64,000 bases of DNA from a virus, in the IMG/VR virus record IMGVR_UViG_3300020153_000001, positions 71,540 through 135,539 of that record; one strand, 5' to 3'. The notes under the pieces are model-generated. The model saw only the letters and a program-made list of their open reading frames with translations, ran no database searches and was not told the origin of the DNA. The translations under genes and the position numbers were made by a program. Shown piece after piece: positions 1-9,586 of the stretch. Position 1 is the stretch's first letter; each line of letters opens with the position of its first letter.

Positions 1-21
1 CGGCTTACCGACTAAGCCGAA

Positions 22-41
22 TTTTGACTCCGGAGTCAAAA
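22..41. repeat. 20-bp palindrome TTTTGACTCCGGAGTCAAAA, copy 1
   Basis: Exact match, 20 nt upstream of the ATG at 62 and preceded by hairpin CGGCTTA/TAAGCCG (1-19). Confidence 0.95.
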
Positions 42-61
42 TTTTTAGAAAGAACCACCAA

Positions 62-763
62 ATGAGCCGACTGACAGCCATATTTGAAGACCCCGAATCG
101 ACCCCTCCCATTCTTTATCTTGCTCTTGCAGAAAAATATGGACCAAACGTATTAGACGGAGAGTATGCTGCTATTAAAGCCGAGCTAGAAGAAGAATTGG
201 GCCATGAAGTAAACGAGAGCATAATGAATAAGGTCATGGCGGCAATAAGCGTCATGACAAATGATTATTGGCAGAACCGCATTATAGACTTTAGCCGAGT
301 TACGATAGCGCTTGCGACGGGCGCATTTGATCTACTAAACTACAGACCACCTTCTGTCTACGAGATCGCGATCGCAAGCGTCGATATATGTCTGCTCAGG
401 ACGGGCTACCCGCTTATTTTCGCGGACAGGATAAAACGATTTGTTAATCTTTCCTGCAGCGCCGAGCAGTACGTATTAGTACCTAAGATCATCAACTACT
501 TATATGACGTAGACAACAACTTCCGCGCAATTAATGCTTGGCAGGGCGATAAGCCCATGATGGATGCCGTCTATGCGATAGCGAAAACGAAGGTTGATAA
601 GGTAGATATGGACGTGATTGAGCAGTTCCAGAGATTTATTGACTGCGCGTATCGGCACGGATATGAGGCGTCTGCTAAATATGCTACCGCGATGCTAACA
701 GCATATAGCGAAAGTAAGTCTGCGTTTTTCAGCTTCAAAAGCGCTGTAGAGGCAGAGAAATAA
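62..763 (+). CDS. hypothetical protein (233 aa)
   Basis: Long ORF; the only credible plus-strand gene; followed by a terminator-like hairpin. Confidence 0.6.
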   Translation: MSRLTAIFEDPESTPPILYLALAEKYGPNVLDGEYAAIKAELEEELGHEVNESIMNKVMAAISVMTNDYWQNRIIDFSRVTIALATGAFDLLNYRPPSVYEIAIASVDICLLRTGYPLIFADRIKRFVNLSCSAEQYVLVPKIINYLYDVDNNFRAINAWQGDKPMMDAVYAIAKTKVDKVDMDVIEQFQRFIDCAYRHGYEASAKYATAMLTAYSESKSAFFSFKSAVEAEK

Positions 764-793
764 ATAAAGTTCAATATCTAAAAAGAGAGCAGA

Positions 794-833
794 GAGGGGC
801 TGGTGGCTACAAATACCAGCCAACCAGCCCCTC
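794..833. terminator. intrinsic terminator between convergent genes
   Basis: GAGGGGCTGGT/ACCAGCCCCTC stem with T-rich runs nearby on both strands. Confidence 0.65.
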
Positions 834-863
834 CCCTTTTAATTTCTAATTTTGTCTTAATCT

Positions 864-1643
864 TTAGTCAGCAGATCTGCCCGGACGAGGGTGGGACAAC
901 AAGAACCACCCATCAAGGCCCCTAATCTCCTCATGCTCCGGGGCAGTAACCGGGCCTGTAATCTTGGCCAGAGCGTAGGCCGTATCCTTGTTCTCGTCAA
1001 ACCACCTTATCCAGGTCTGGACCGTAACTTTATGGTTATAAAGCGTCTTTACCAGGTCTTCATCAAATGGGTCCGGCGACACTCCATATAGATTGACGGG
1101 GATGATACTAAGGTTTCCCTGTTTTATTGGAACACACTCTGTATTTTCGTCAAATCTGATATCAACCGTCGGTATGTCGCCCGCCTCTTCTAGAATCCAT
1201 GCATAGCTTAGTCCGGATGCCACATACCATGAGACGGACTCGTATCCTCGGCTTCTGAACATATTCAATATGTTTTCTCCGCCTTTTCTTGCGTGGGCGG
1301 GCGGGAATATGTCTCTAACGTAACGCCATAACTTTAGTTTGCCGGGCAGCTCGGCCCGGTGACATCCCGACCGGCTTGTCAAATCCCGACCGATAAGCGC
1401 GAATCCTTCCGCCGCCTCGTACGTCCATGCTGGGATATCTTCTTCTCCTTTAATAGAATTGGGCATAACCGGATTTCCCTGTATCTTACGTATGCATAAA
1501 TGATCCTCAAAGTTAACGTTGACTTTATTAACGTAAAAGCCAGTCTGATATCCTTCATGGTCTACTTTGACTGCAGGGACAAATAAAAAGTTGGTCGCGT
1601 CGATAGTCACGTCAACAGCTTTCGGTTCGGTAGCGATAGACAT
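864..1643 (-). CDS. hypothetical protein (259 aa)
   Basis: ORF with a GGAGG Shine-Dalgarno upstream. Confidence 0.65.
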   Translation of the reverse strand: MSIATEPKAVDVTIDATNFLFVPAVKVDHEGYQTGFYVNKVNVNFEDHLCIRKIQGNPVMPNSIKGEEDIPAWTYEAAEGFALIGRDLTSRSGCHRAELPGKLKLWRYVRDIFPPAHARKGGENILNMFRSRGYESVSWYVASGLSYAWILEEAGDIPTVDIRFDENTECVPIKQGNLSIIPVNLYGVSPDPFDEDLVKTLYNHKVTVQTWIRWFDENKDTAYALAKITGPVTAPEHEEIRGLDGWFLLSHPRPGRSAD

Positions 1644-1682
1644 AAAACGCCTCCTTTTTTGAAAAAGGGTAACACTACAGAC

Positions 1683-1726
1683 AAAAAACGACGACCACCA
1701 GTAAAACCTGCTACTAATGGTCGTCG
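1683..1726 (-). terminator. intrinsic terminator downstream of csrA
   Basis: CGACGACCA/TGGTCGTCG stem followed by TTTTTT on the minus strand. Confidence 0.6.
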
Positions 1727-1748
1727 CCCACGCGGGTATACAAAAAAA

Positions 1749-1940
1749 TCACTCGGTTGACGCTTGCTTTTTCATCTTTTCTTCTAGCTCGCCCCGCCAT
1801 ATTTTTACTTCGGGAGGGGCGTCTATGGCCAATCTAACCTTCCCTGCCCGCTTGTCGATATCCGTTACGACTATCCTTATCGAAATGTTACCGTGGTTGA
1901 TGACAAGGGTTTCGTTCTTTCTTCGCGCAAGTACTAGCAT
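1749..1940 (-). CDS. csrA: carbon storage regulator CsrA/RsmA family RNA-binding protein
   Basis: MLVLARRKNETLVI...KVRLAIDAPPEVKIWRGEL matches the CsrA signature (MLvLtRk.gE.i.I...VrlgI.AP..v.I.R.E). Confidence 0.92.
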   Translation of the reverse strand: MLVLARRKNETLVINHGNISIRIVVTDIDKRAGKVRLAIDAPPEVKIWRGELEEKMKKQASTE

Positions 1941-1991
1941 TTCGACTCCTTTCTAAAAAGGGAAAGAAAAATATGGCCTGATACAAAAAAG

Positions 1992-2351
1992 TGGAGGCGG
2001 CGGGAATCGAACCCGCGTCCCGCGGCGGCCTTCGGATAGGCCTGGTACGTGCGTAGTCGGTTTTTGAATTTCGCCAGCCGGGGCCCAACCGACAGGGCCA
2101 TCTCGACGGCTAGCCGGCCTTGAAGTTTAATCTTGGGCCAAACCGGCGCCGACCCAAGACGAGCCGGAATTGCCGACCGGTTTTCGGGCCTCTCCGGCAA
2201 AAGCCCTCAACCGGGCTGCCTATCGACTAAGCAGCAATCGCGAGCGGCTGCTCGGCGTGTAATTTTGCAGTCGGCTTTTAACGTGGCCAGCCGACCAACC
2301 ACGGCACGGTGCCTATCGCCAGAGCCGTCCGGTCGAATCCAATTCGCCCCC
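1992..2351 (-). ncRNA. ssrA: tmRNA
   Basis: 5' GGGGGCGAATTGGATTCGAC; 3' T-arm GCGGGTTCGATTCCCGC and acceptor CGCCTCC-A with a G3:U pair; internal tag frame ending ...EQPLAIAA-TAG (stop at 2227-2229). Confidence 0.93.
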
Positions 2352-2500
2352 AATAATTAAATGCCACAATTATTAATGAAGACAGCTGTTTCTATCTATG
2401 AGCTTATTCGCTCTCAGGCAATTCAATGGATGTCGGTAGTCAAATACGAGTTCCCAGGCACGGCGAGGTTTGTACTCGTATAGTGCCTCGATGATTTGAT

Positions 2501-2722
2501 CTACCAAAGCGATACAATGGCCGACTCTGGGAACGCACACAGCCGATTTGCCTCTGCGAGAAAAGCTCGCACACTGGCCCACTTGTTCAGTTGCGCCCAG
2601 CGATCTCCATCAACGCGTAGGTCGAGGATGTACGTCGTAATATCGCTGAGTGCCTCAGAGATCAGATGGCTTGCGAGCGCACGTCTGTCTTTAGGTGACA
2701 ATATATTATGCTCCTCTGACAC
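2501..2722 (-). CDS. hypothetical protein (73 aa)
   Basis: Short ORF overlapping the stop of the upstream radical SAM gene. Confidence 0.5.
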   Translation of the reverse strand: MSEEHNILSPKDRRALASHLISEALSDITTYILDLRVDGDRWAQLNKWASVRAFLAEANRLCAFPESAIVSLW

Positions 2723-3476
2723 GATAAGGTACCTCTTGATGCTGTCGGTTTCTATAAGCTTCCCATTTTTCTGAAGATCTCAGCCACGTTTCAGACATTA
2801 ATATACCATATTTTTTCTTACAACTACTAGCAAACTTTTTGTCGAGTCCCAGCGTGCAACCACAATGAGAACATAACTTTCTTTGATGCTCGACGATAAA
2901 GTCTGGGTCGAATAGATCACTCAAGTTCGGTGTTCTGGCACCAAGCCCTAAAACGGCATCTAAAGCACCGCCTATACAGCAGAACGTATAGCCTACAGAG
3001 TCCAAGGAAATCCCACACCTACCCGGATTACAGGAACACAAATAGCACGGTTCCCGCGTAATACCTAAATCGATTGGCGCTACACAATAATCTAATATGC
3101 TATGGACGATACTATACCTTTGTGGTGCGTTACCTAACACGACTCCCTTGGCCAGAGCCCAACTTAACAATAGTTGCGAGTCTTGGGTGGCGCCGTTTGT
3201 GAAAACGTAGACTTCATTGAAATGTTTAAGCCCAAGATCGACAAAATTGAGAAAGTCAGGATGAAGCGTTGGCTCCCCACCAAGAATAATGACCGTATGG
3301 AATCCATACTTTGGAGCTTCTTCGCAACACTTCTTAGCGTCATCTAATGTCATATCCGGTGTATGTGTGTCGTTAAGAAACGCAAAACGATTACAACCAA
3401 CGCATCGTAGATTGCACTTATACGTGATATGCCATTCAACTTTGCCGCTTTTTGGTCTGTAGTCTTTGGTATTCAT
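2706..3476 (-). CDS. radical SAM protein
   Basis: CNLRCVGC (CX3CX2C), LGGEPTLHP and TNG motifs, Cys-rich C-terminus. Confidence 0.85.
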   Translation of the reverse strand: MNTKDYRPKSGKVEWHITYKCNLRCVGCNRFAFLNDTHTPDMTLDDAKKCCEEAPKYGFHTVIILGGEPTLHPDFLNFVDLGLKHFNEVYVFTNGATQDSQLLLSWALAKGVVLGNAPQRYSIVHSILDYCVAPIDLGITREPCYLCSCNPGRCGISLDSVGYTFCCIGGALDAVLGLGARTPNLSDLFDPDFIVEHQRKLCSHCGCTLGLDKKFASSCKKKYGILMSETWLRSSEKWEAYRNRQHQEVPYRVRGA

Positions 3477-4209
3477 ATCTGCTCGCCTTTAACCAGGAAT
3501 CGGACAGGTAAATCCTATCGACTAGATGCAGCATTGACTTTTGAACCTTCTTATCTAGTCCCATGAACGCGCCGCAACGCTTGCATAACTGTTCCGTCTG
3601 CCATCTAGCAAAGTCTGGGTCGAACAGATCGGCTAACTTTTTCGTCCTTACATTAAGGCTTCTTAATGAATCGATAACACCTCCGATGCAACACACAGTA
3701 TAACCTAGGCTATCTACCGAAAAACCACAACCCCAACCTGAACATCCCGAATGCCAGTCGCACGGTGTTGTTCTATTTATCCCAAAGTCAGACGGATCTA
3801 TAAATGTGTCTTTCACAAATGCTCGATAAAACGCCTTGATATTCTTCTTAAAAGAACCGCGGTCTATAAGAGCCCCTTTTGATTCAGCCCAAGCAAGAAT
3901 ATAATGCGTTGCCTCTGTAAAGCCGTTAGAAACAATCTTTATACGTGCAACGTGCGGATGTAGGCGATCAACGAAATTCAATATATCTGGGTGCAATGTC
4001 GGCTCGCCACCTAGTAACACTATTGTGAACCTTTTTCCCAACGCTAGCATTTGCTCGATAAACGAGTCAACATCTCGCATTGTCATATCGGGGACAGGAA
4101 TATCAGCAATAGAGAGGCCTCTATTGCAGCCCGGACAACGTAGATTACATCGATACGTTATATGGAACTCGGCCGCGTTATTCTTTGGTGTATAGTCTGG
4201 CGCTGTCAT
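3436..4209 (-). CDS. radical SAM protein (tandem paralog)
   Basis: CNLRCPGC, LGGEPTLHP and SNG motifs; shares SxDSxGYTxCCIGG with the adjacent paralog. Confidence 0.85.
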   Translation of the reverse strand: MTAPDYTPKNNAAEFHITYRCNLRCPGCNRGLSIADIPVPDMTMRDVDSFIEQMLALGKRFTIVLLGGEPTLHPDILNFVDRLHPHVARIKIVSNGFTEATHYILAWAESKGALIDRGSFKKNIKAFYRAFVKDTFIDPSDFGINRTTPCDWHSGCSGWGCGFSVDSLGYTVCCIGGVIDSLRSLNVRTKKLADLFDPDFARWQTEQLCKRCGAFMGLDKKVQKSMLHLVDRIYLSDSWLKASRYEYQRLQTKKRQS

Positions 4210-5891
4210 AGGGATCTGGCTCTATCGAGGGCATTGACTACCGTCTCTAATATCTTGTTATTATCAAACTGAGCCTCCGCGTACTCTCTAACAACGCTCC
4301 TGTCAAACTCCATCGCAGCACGCAAAGCGTCCACGTAGATTTTAAACTCAGGCAGGCTAGATTTGGCTTGAGGAATTGCGGGCACAAAAATGCCGGTAAC
4401 ACCGTCTGTTATAAACGGAGCGCCTCTTGTAACCCCTACGATAGGACAGCCGGAAAGGAGGATTTCCGCGGTAGCTATACCGCCAGACTCGTCTTGAGAT
4501 AGATACGCGCATGCCCTAGACCTGGCAGCAACGTGAAATAGCTCTTCACGCTTATAGCTGCCATATCTAATGATGACACTTTTTGGAAATAGTTTAACTA
4601 ATAGCTCAGTTAAACCTTCTGGTACGTAATTTTTGACATAAACAAGGAGGTCATACGTTGGATCTTTAGGGCCATCTGGCCAAGGATCGACGGGGTACGG
4701 CCATAAAACTATTTCGGCGTTATTGAGCGGCCCCCTATTAGCGATTACAAGATTTTTATACCACTCACTGTGGCAAAATATCATTCGACAGGTGGCGGCG
4801 TCTAATATGGAGGATTCTAGTTTGTCTATCCTAGGCCGACGTGAATTAATAAAGAAAACGTTAGGACCCACCACAAAAGGCCCAGTCTCATCTGCCCATC
4901 GGACGATCTTTTGCCTATCTCCTAGCCACCAAAACCAGGGCAATACTGCTTTGCTAATAGGCTGGTCTGTTATTTGCAACCAATCTAAACCCTTCTTTAT
5001 TCTGTCTTTCAGTAGCTTTTGAAGGGCGAACATCCCTATACCGGGACCAGCGTTAAATGGAGACTTCAAGTTGCCTATCAGATTAACTCTTTTGCCTGTA
5101 CCGGAAGTGTGAACCATCGGCGGCTTATCGCCGCTAGTATGCGGTGTCTGATGTTGTATGTCGGCTTTGACGTTGGGGGATGGGGGCTGGTTCAATAGCT
5201 GACCGCCTGGTAGTTCTATGGGAAACGTATTCCAAGGTCGACTCCATCGTATGTCTATTTTTTCGCATTTTTTAATCGTTCGTTGCCCTAATTTTACGTA
5301 GTCGCTCGCGCTCATGTGGTATGAATTCGTACCATCCCATCTATAAACAAGGTACGGCGGATAGTACTTGCACGGGTCAACTTCTTTGAACTTGGCTGCT
5401 ATCAGTCGACCACCAAACTCCTGATCTTCTCCGCTATTTAGATTCTTGTAGCCGCCTATTTTGTAGAAAGCATCTTTTCTAAACGCCCACGATGGATGAT
5501 ATACATTTTGTGATGGCATAGCCTTTAGCTTGTTATCTTTGAACGACAATACAAGACTAGGCCTGCAAAAATCGCCCTCCTTTAACGCCCTTGCGCAGGC
5601 AGAAAACCAGTGCGGCAGGTAAATATCATCGTCGTCGGCAACGAGGAATCCTTCTGCATCCGGGCTAGCCAGAGCAATACATGCGTTTCTTTTCTCGCCT
5701 AACGAGTTAAAGCGGCGAGGTATAGATATAATTCGCCATCCGTCACCCTCTTGATTACCATACTGGCCGGCGTCATCTAGTATAATTAGCTCTCTTAGCG
5801 CCTTTGGGTAATCTTGGTATAAAAAGCACTGGATGAGCTCGCCTAATAAATGGGGCCTATCATATGTTACGCAGACGGCTGTCAGCTTCAT
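4206..5891 (-). CDS. bifunctional glycosyltransferase (N-terminal GT2, C-terminal GT4/GT-B-like)
   Basis: CVTYDR...ILDD...DDDD GT-A motifs; C-terminal ESGGIATAEILLSGCPIV resembles the GT-B E-x7-E motif. Confidence 0.82.
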   Translation of the reverse strand: MKLTAVCVTYDRPHLLGELIQCFLYQDYPKALRELIILDDAGQYGNQEGDGWRIISIPRRFNSLGEKRNACIALASPDAEGFLVADDDDIYLPHWFSACARALKEGDFCRPSLVLSFKDNKLKAMPSQNVYHPSWAFRKDAFYKIGGYKNLNSGEDQEFGGRLIAAKFKEVDPCKYYPPYLVYRWDGTNSYHMSASDYVKLGQRTIKKCEKIDIRWSRPWNTFPIELPGGQLLNQPPSPNVKADIQHQTPHTSGDKPPMVHTSGTGKRVNLIGNLKSPFNAGPGIGMFALQKLLKDRIKKGLDWLQITDQPISKAVLPWFWWLGDRQKIVRWADETGPFVVGPNVFFINSRRPRIDKLESSILDAATCRMIFCHSEWYKNLVIANRGPLNNAEIVLWPYPVDPWPDGPKDPTYDLLVYVKNYVPEGLTELLVKLFPKSVIIRYGSYKREELFHVAARSRACAYLSQDESGGIATAEILLSGCPIVGVTRGAPFITDGVTGIFVPAIPQAKSSLPEFKIYVDALRAAMEFDRSVVREYAEAQFDNNKILETVVNALDRARSL

Positions 5892-7773
5892 GTGTTTTTG
5901 ACTCCGGAGTCAAAAACCGATGGCTAACGAGGCAGTTCTTATTCACGAGCTGTTTTAATACCCGCAGCCCGATACTTCTCCCCGTGTGTGGGTGAGCTGC
6001 CAGCTTAGTAATCTGGTCTTTATGTATTCTATAACGTACTAACACGTCAGGAATATTGTATAATTTACGACCACTCATATAAGCACGAAGCCATAAGTCT
6101 AGGTCGATACAACAACTTAAACGCTCGTCATATCCCCCTAAACTGGTTATACTCTTCTTCCTGTACATTACGCCTGGGTTATTAATGAACCAAGGCCGGT
6201 TCCATAAAACGTATTTCGCTAGCTCATAATAAGAAGGTATGGGCGTACTAGCATGATTTGTTACGTGCAGTATTCTACCTGTGTCATCGTCGAATGCTTC
6301 TAGCTGGCATCCGCAAATATCAATATCTGGGTTCGACTTCATTGCGGACACCATCCTTGCCAGCCACGTTGGGTACGCAATATCGTCGCTATCAAAACAG
6401 GCTACGAGCTCGTGTTTCGCCTCTTTAAGCCCTACATTTCTAGCAGCGCTAGCCCCTCTGTGGTCGGGTAGTACTATTAGCCTTACCCTGCTATCGGACT
6501 TGGCTATATCGTGTAGCTTGTTCTTTGTTGATTCGTTTGACGACCCATCGTCAACCAATATGAGCTCCCAACTGGGCCACGTCTGCGAAGATATTGACTG
6601 GTAGCATTCCTCTAGATATTTGGGTTTCGTGTTATACACAGGAACGACTATAGATACCGGCGTTTCGGTCGCAGTGAACGGCACATCTGGCGGCAAGGTG
6701 CCGTTGTAGACAGCTTGTAGATATTCGGCCCAGCGACGGCCGACTTCGTCCATATTATAGTTTGCCCTTATCACTTCTCTAGCGCGTAAGATATTTGCTT
6801 TATTGCTTTCGCTAGTAGCTTCTAGGATTGCAGTAGCTAGCGTCTTACCGTCGCGCGTCGGCCGAATGGTTACAGAAAATTTGCCATACTTAGACTCAAA
6901 ATATGGTACGCCACCAACTGGCGTAGCAACTGTCGGTATTCCCGCAGCCCACGCTTCCAGCAACGCCAAGCTGCAGCCTTCGCAACGGCTTACAAGGACA
7001 AAGCAGTCAACGGCAGATAAAATGTCGCCGACTTGTGCGCATTTTTCTACAAAACGGGCACGAGGGCATATAGAACGAATATAGTTAACCTCTTTTTCTT
7101 CCGCCGGCCCCACAAACACAGGGATGTATCTGTCACCTAGAACGTTGGCTGCGTTTGCGACCACGTCGACTATCTTGCAACCGTCATCGACAACCCTACC
7201 AACGTAACCTATCACAACGTCATCATCCGACACCTTCCAACGATTTCTTATTTCTTGTCTACCTAGGATGGTATTGCATCGATCCAGGTCAACGCCATTA
7301 ATAATGACAGTTGTAGCTTCCGGCTTTGGTAAAATCGCAGATGCGGCTGGAGATACAGCCACCCATCTATCCACAAGCGGCGCTACAGCAGCCGATAGTC
7401 TCCTTATATAATCGCTGCTGCTGTTCGAGACAAAAACGCTTATGCTGTTTTCACATTTATTAGGCGAAAAACAGCCTCTATACACCACGATCTTATTACT
7501 CGCGAAATTCCATATATCCGGCCTGTATAGTTGGACCGATCCCAAGAGAAGAGCTTCTTCGACAACCAACGGATTATTAAGCGAACTAAGAAACGCAATG
7601 CCGAGATAATTAAACACCTTACTGTCCAACGACTTTGCCAGATTGACAGCGGATCTTGAGTTGCCGCCGAAAGACAAATGATTTACGACAATCCCAACAG
7701 GTATTCTATTGGGATATAGCTCAGACATTAGTCTGGTCCTAATTTCATGCGAAACCTTAATGTCAGGAAACAT
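5860..7773 (-). CDS. bifunctional glycosyltransferase (GT4 + GT2)
   Basis: EGCSLALLEAWAAGIPTV (GT4); SIVVPVYN...VDDGS...FDSDD (GT2). Confidence 0.88.
   Translation of the reverse strand: MFPDIKVSHEIRTRLMSELYPNRIPVGIVVNHLSFGGNSRSAVNLAKSLDSKVFNYLGIAFLSSLNNPLVVEEALLLGSVQLYRPDIWNFASNKIVVYRGCFSPNKCENSISVFVSNSSSDYIRRLSAAVAPLVDRWVAVSPAASAILPKPEATTVIINGVDLDRCNTILGRQEIRNRWKVSDDDVVIGYVGRVVDDGCKIVDVVANAANVLGDRYIPVFVGPAEEKEVNYIRSICPRARFVEKCAQVGDILSAVDCFVLVSRCEGCSLALLEAWAAGIPTVATPVGGVPYFESKYGKFSVTIRPTRDGKTLATAILEATSESNKANILRAREVIRANYNMDEVGRRWAEYLQAVYNGTLPPDVPFTATETPVSIVVPVYNTKPKYLEECYQSISSQTWPSWELILVDDGSSNESTKNKLHDIAKSDSRVRLIVLPDHRGASAARNVGLKEAKHELVACFDSDDIAYPTWLARMVSAMKSNPDIDICGCQLEAFDDDTGRILHVTNHASTPIPSYYELAKYVLWNRPWFINNPGVMYRKKSITSLGGYDERLSCCIDLDLWLRAYMSGRKLYNIPDVLVRYRIHKDQITKLAAHPHTGRSIGLRVLKQLVNKNCLVSHRFLTPESKTHEADSRLRNI
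5896..5915. repeat. 20-bp palindrome, copy 2 (inside the CDS, encodes LTPESK)
   Basis: Exact match in the 3' end of 5860-7773, just upstream of the next gene start at 5891. Confidence 0.95.
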
Positions 7774-9586
7774 TTGCTAAGCTCTTGAGACACGACGAAA
7801 ATTCTCTTTTCAGGATAGCAGATCGATAGGCCATGTCTGGACTGGCTGTAAGCTGTTCTTTACCATGTTTTCGGTAGTTAACTAATATGTCTGGTATGTT
7901 GGTTATTTTCAGTCCTGCCTTAAACGCACGTAACCACAGATCTAAATCCTCGCAATATAGCGAGTTTTCGTTGTAACCCCCGATTTTCACTATTTTACTT
8001 CTTCTAAATATAACGCCAGGATTGTTGATGAGCCACAACCCTCCCGTATCTGCACGTGGCTTTATGCATTCATACGTAATTGCTTCTGGATGCTGCGTCG
8101 TATAGATTGTCTTACCGGTGGTGTCGTCAAATAAGCGTAACTGACACCCGCATATGTCAATATCGGGATTTGCCTTCATTGCAGCAACCATTCTTGCCAA
8201 CCACTTTTGATCGGCAACATCGTCGCTATCCATGTTAGCCACAAGATCGTACTTCGCTACATTAATTGCAACGTTACGGGCAGTAGCAACACCGCAGCGC
8301 ACTGGAAGTCGCACGAGTCTTACTCTAGAGTCCTTGGCAATTTCTTGCAGCTTTTCCGTAGTGCACGTCTGAGTAGACCCGTCATCTACGATCACAAGTT
8401 CCCAGTGTTTCCATGTCTGAGCCTTTATAGAATCCCAATATTCCTGCAAATATTCAGGTTTTGTGTTGTAAACTGGAGTCATTATGGAAACGTAAGTCTC
8501 TGACGGCGTAAATGGCTTATCGGCAGGAGCTTCGCCAGTATGAATAGCGCATAAATATTCTGTCCATCTACGTCCAAACTCGTGGATATTGTAGTTTGCC
8601 AGTATAATATCTTTTGCCCGTCTTCGGCTTTCTTTATCTACCATCACCTTCAATACTGCACGGGCAAGCTCGTCTGCAGAGCACGCGGAAACGTCGACTG
8701 TAGGGCTGCCATATTTGGCCCTGCAATAGGATACGACACCCACATCCGACGAAACCGTTGGTACGCCAGCCGCCCAGGCCTCCATAATAGCTAGACCGCA
8801 CCCTTCTGATAGGCTTGGAAGTACGAAGCAATCCATCGCAGCAAGCGCATCACCCACATGAATCGATGACGACACTATCTTGCTGGAAGGACAAACGGCA
8901 TATATCTTTTCGACTGTCAACTTGTTATAAATTTCGCCTACAAAGACAGGCACAAAACGCTTACCAAGCATCCGCGCAACTTCTGCTAAGAGTTCTGGCT
9001 TTTTGCTCCTGTCGTTTGCTATCCTGCCTAAGTAGCCTAATACGATCTGGTCTTCGCTTACTTTCCAGCGTCGTCTAATTTCGTCGCGTCCAATTATAGG
9101 CAAGCATCTGTTTATATCGACACCATTTAGGATTATCGTTACTGCACTATGGTTTGGCAAAGCGCTTGCCGCCGCAGGCGATACGGCAGCCCAATATTTA
9201 ACATATGGAATCAACGCATTGTGGCATGGTATTCCGGCGCCATGACCGACATATAAGACGTTACCGTCGTTATATAACAGAGGTAGCAGAGGAACTAACG
9301 GGCTACAATTTGCCACTATAGTGATTATGTTTTTGTAGCTTGACCATCGTGTAACGTCGCCATAGTTCACAAGTTTTGTAAATCGTTGTACTTCATCAAC
9401 TAGCTCGATACAATGTCCGTCGTAGTAACCTAGCGCTACGCCAAGAAAATCTATCTTATTCCGATCTACGGATTTAAGTAGATCGGCTATCCACCTTTCG
9501 TAGCCGCCCATAAACATCGCGTAGGCGCTAATTCCAACAACAGCTTTTCCTTTGTCGATTTGTACTTGGCTATGCGCTGCATTCAT
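7763..9586 (-). CDS. bifunctional glycosyltransferase (GT4 + GT2), paralog of 5860-7773
   Basis: EGCGLAIMEAWAAGVPTV; SIMTPVYN...VDDGS...MDSDD. Confidence 0.88.
   Translation of the reverse strand: MNAAHSQVQIDKGKAVVGISAYAMFMGGYERWIADLLKSVDRNKIDFLGVALGYYDGHCIELVDEVQRFTKLVNYGDVTRWSSYKNIITIVANCSPLVPLLPLLYNDGNVLYVGHGAGIPCHNALIPYVKYWAAVSPAAASALPNHSAVTIILNGVDINRCLPIIGRDEIRRRWKVSEDQIVLGYLGRIANDRSKKPELLAEVARMLGKRFVPVFVGEIYNKLTVEKIYAVCPSSKIVSSSIHVGDALAAMDCFVLPSLSEGCGLAIMEAWAAGVPTVSSDVGVVSYCRAKYGSPTVDVSACSADELARAVLKVMVDKESRRRAKDIILANYNIHEFGRRWTEYLCAIHTGEAPADKPFTPSETYVSIMTPVYNTKPEYLQEYWDSIKAQTWKHWELVIVDDGSTQTCTTEKLQEIAKDSRVRLVRLPVRCGVATARNVAINVAKYDLVANMDSDDVADQKWLARMVAAMKANPDIDICGCQLRLFDDTTGKTIYTTQHPEAITYECIKPRADTGGLWLINNPGVIFRRSKIVKIGGYNENSLYCEDLDLWLRAFKAGLKITNIPDILVNYRKHGKEQLTASPDMAYRSAILKREFSSCLKSLANVS

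Noticed and set aside
1888-2360. ORFs 1888-2088, 1934-2200 and 2133-2360
   Set aside because: They overlap the tmRNA and are explained by it.
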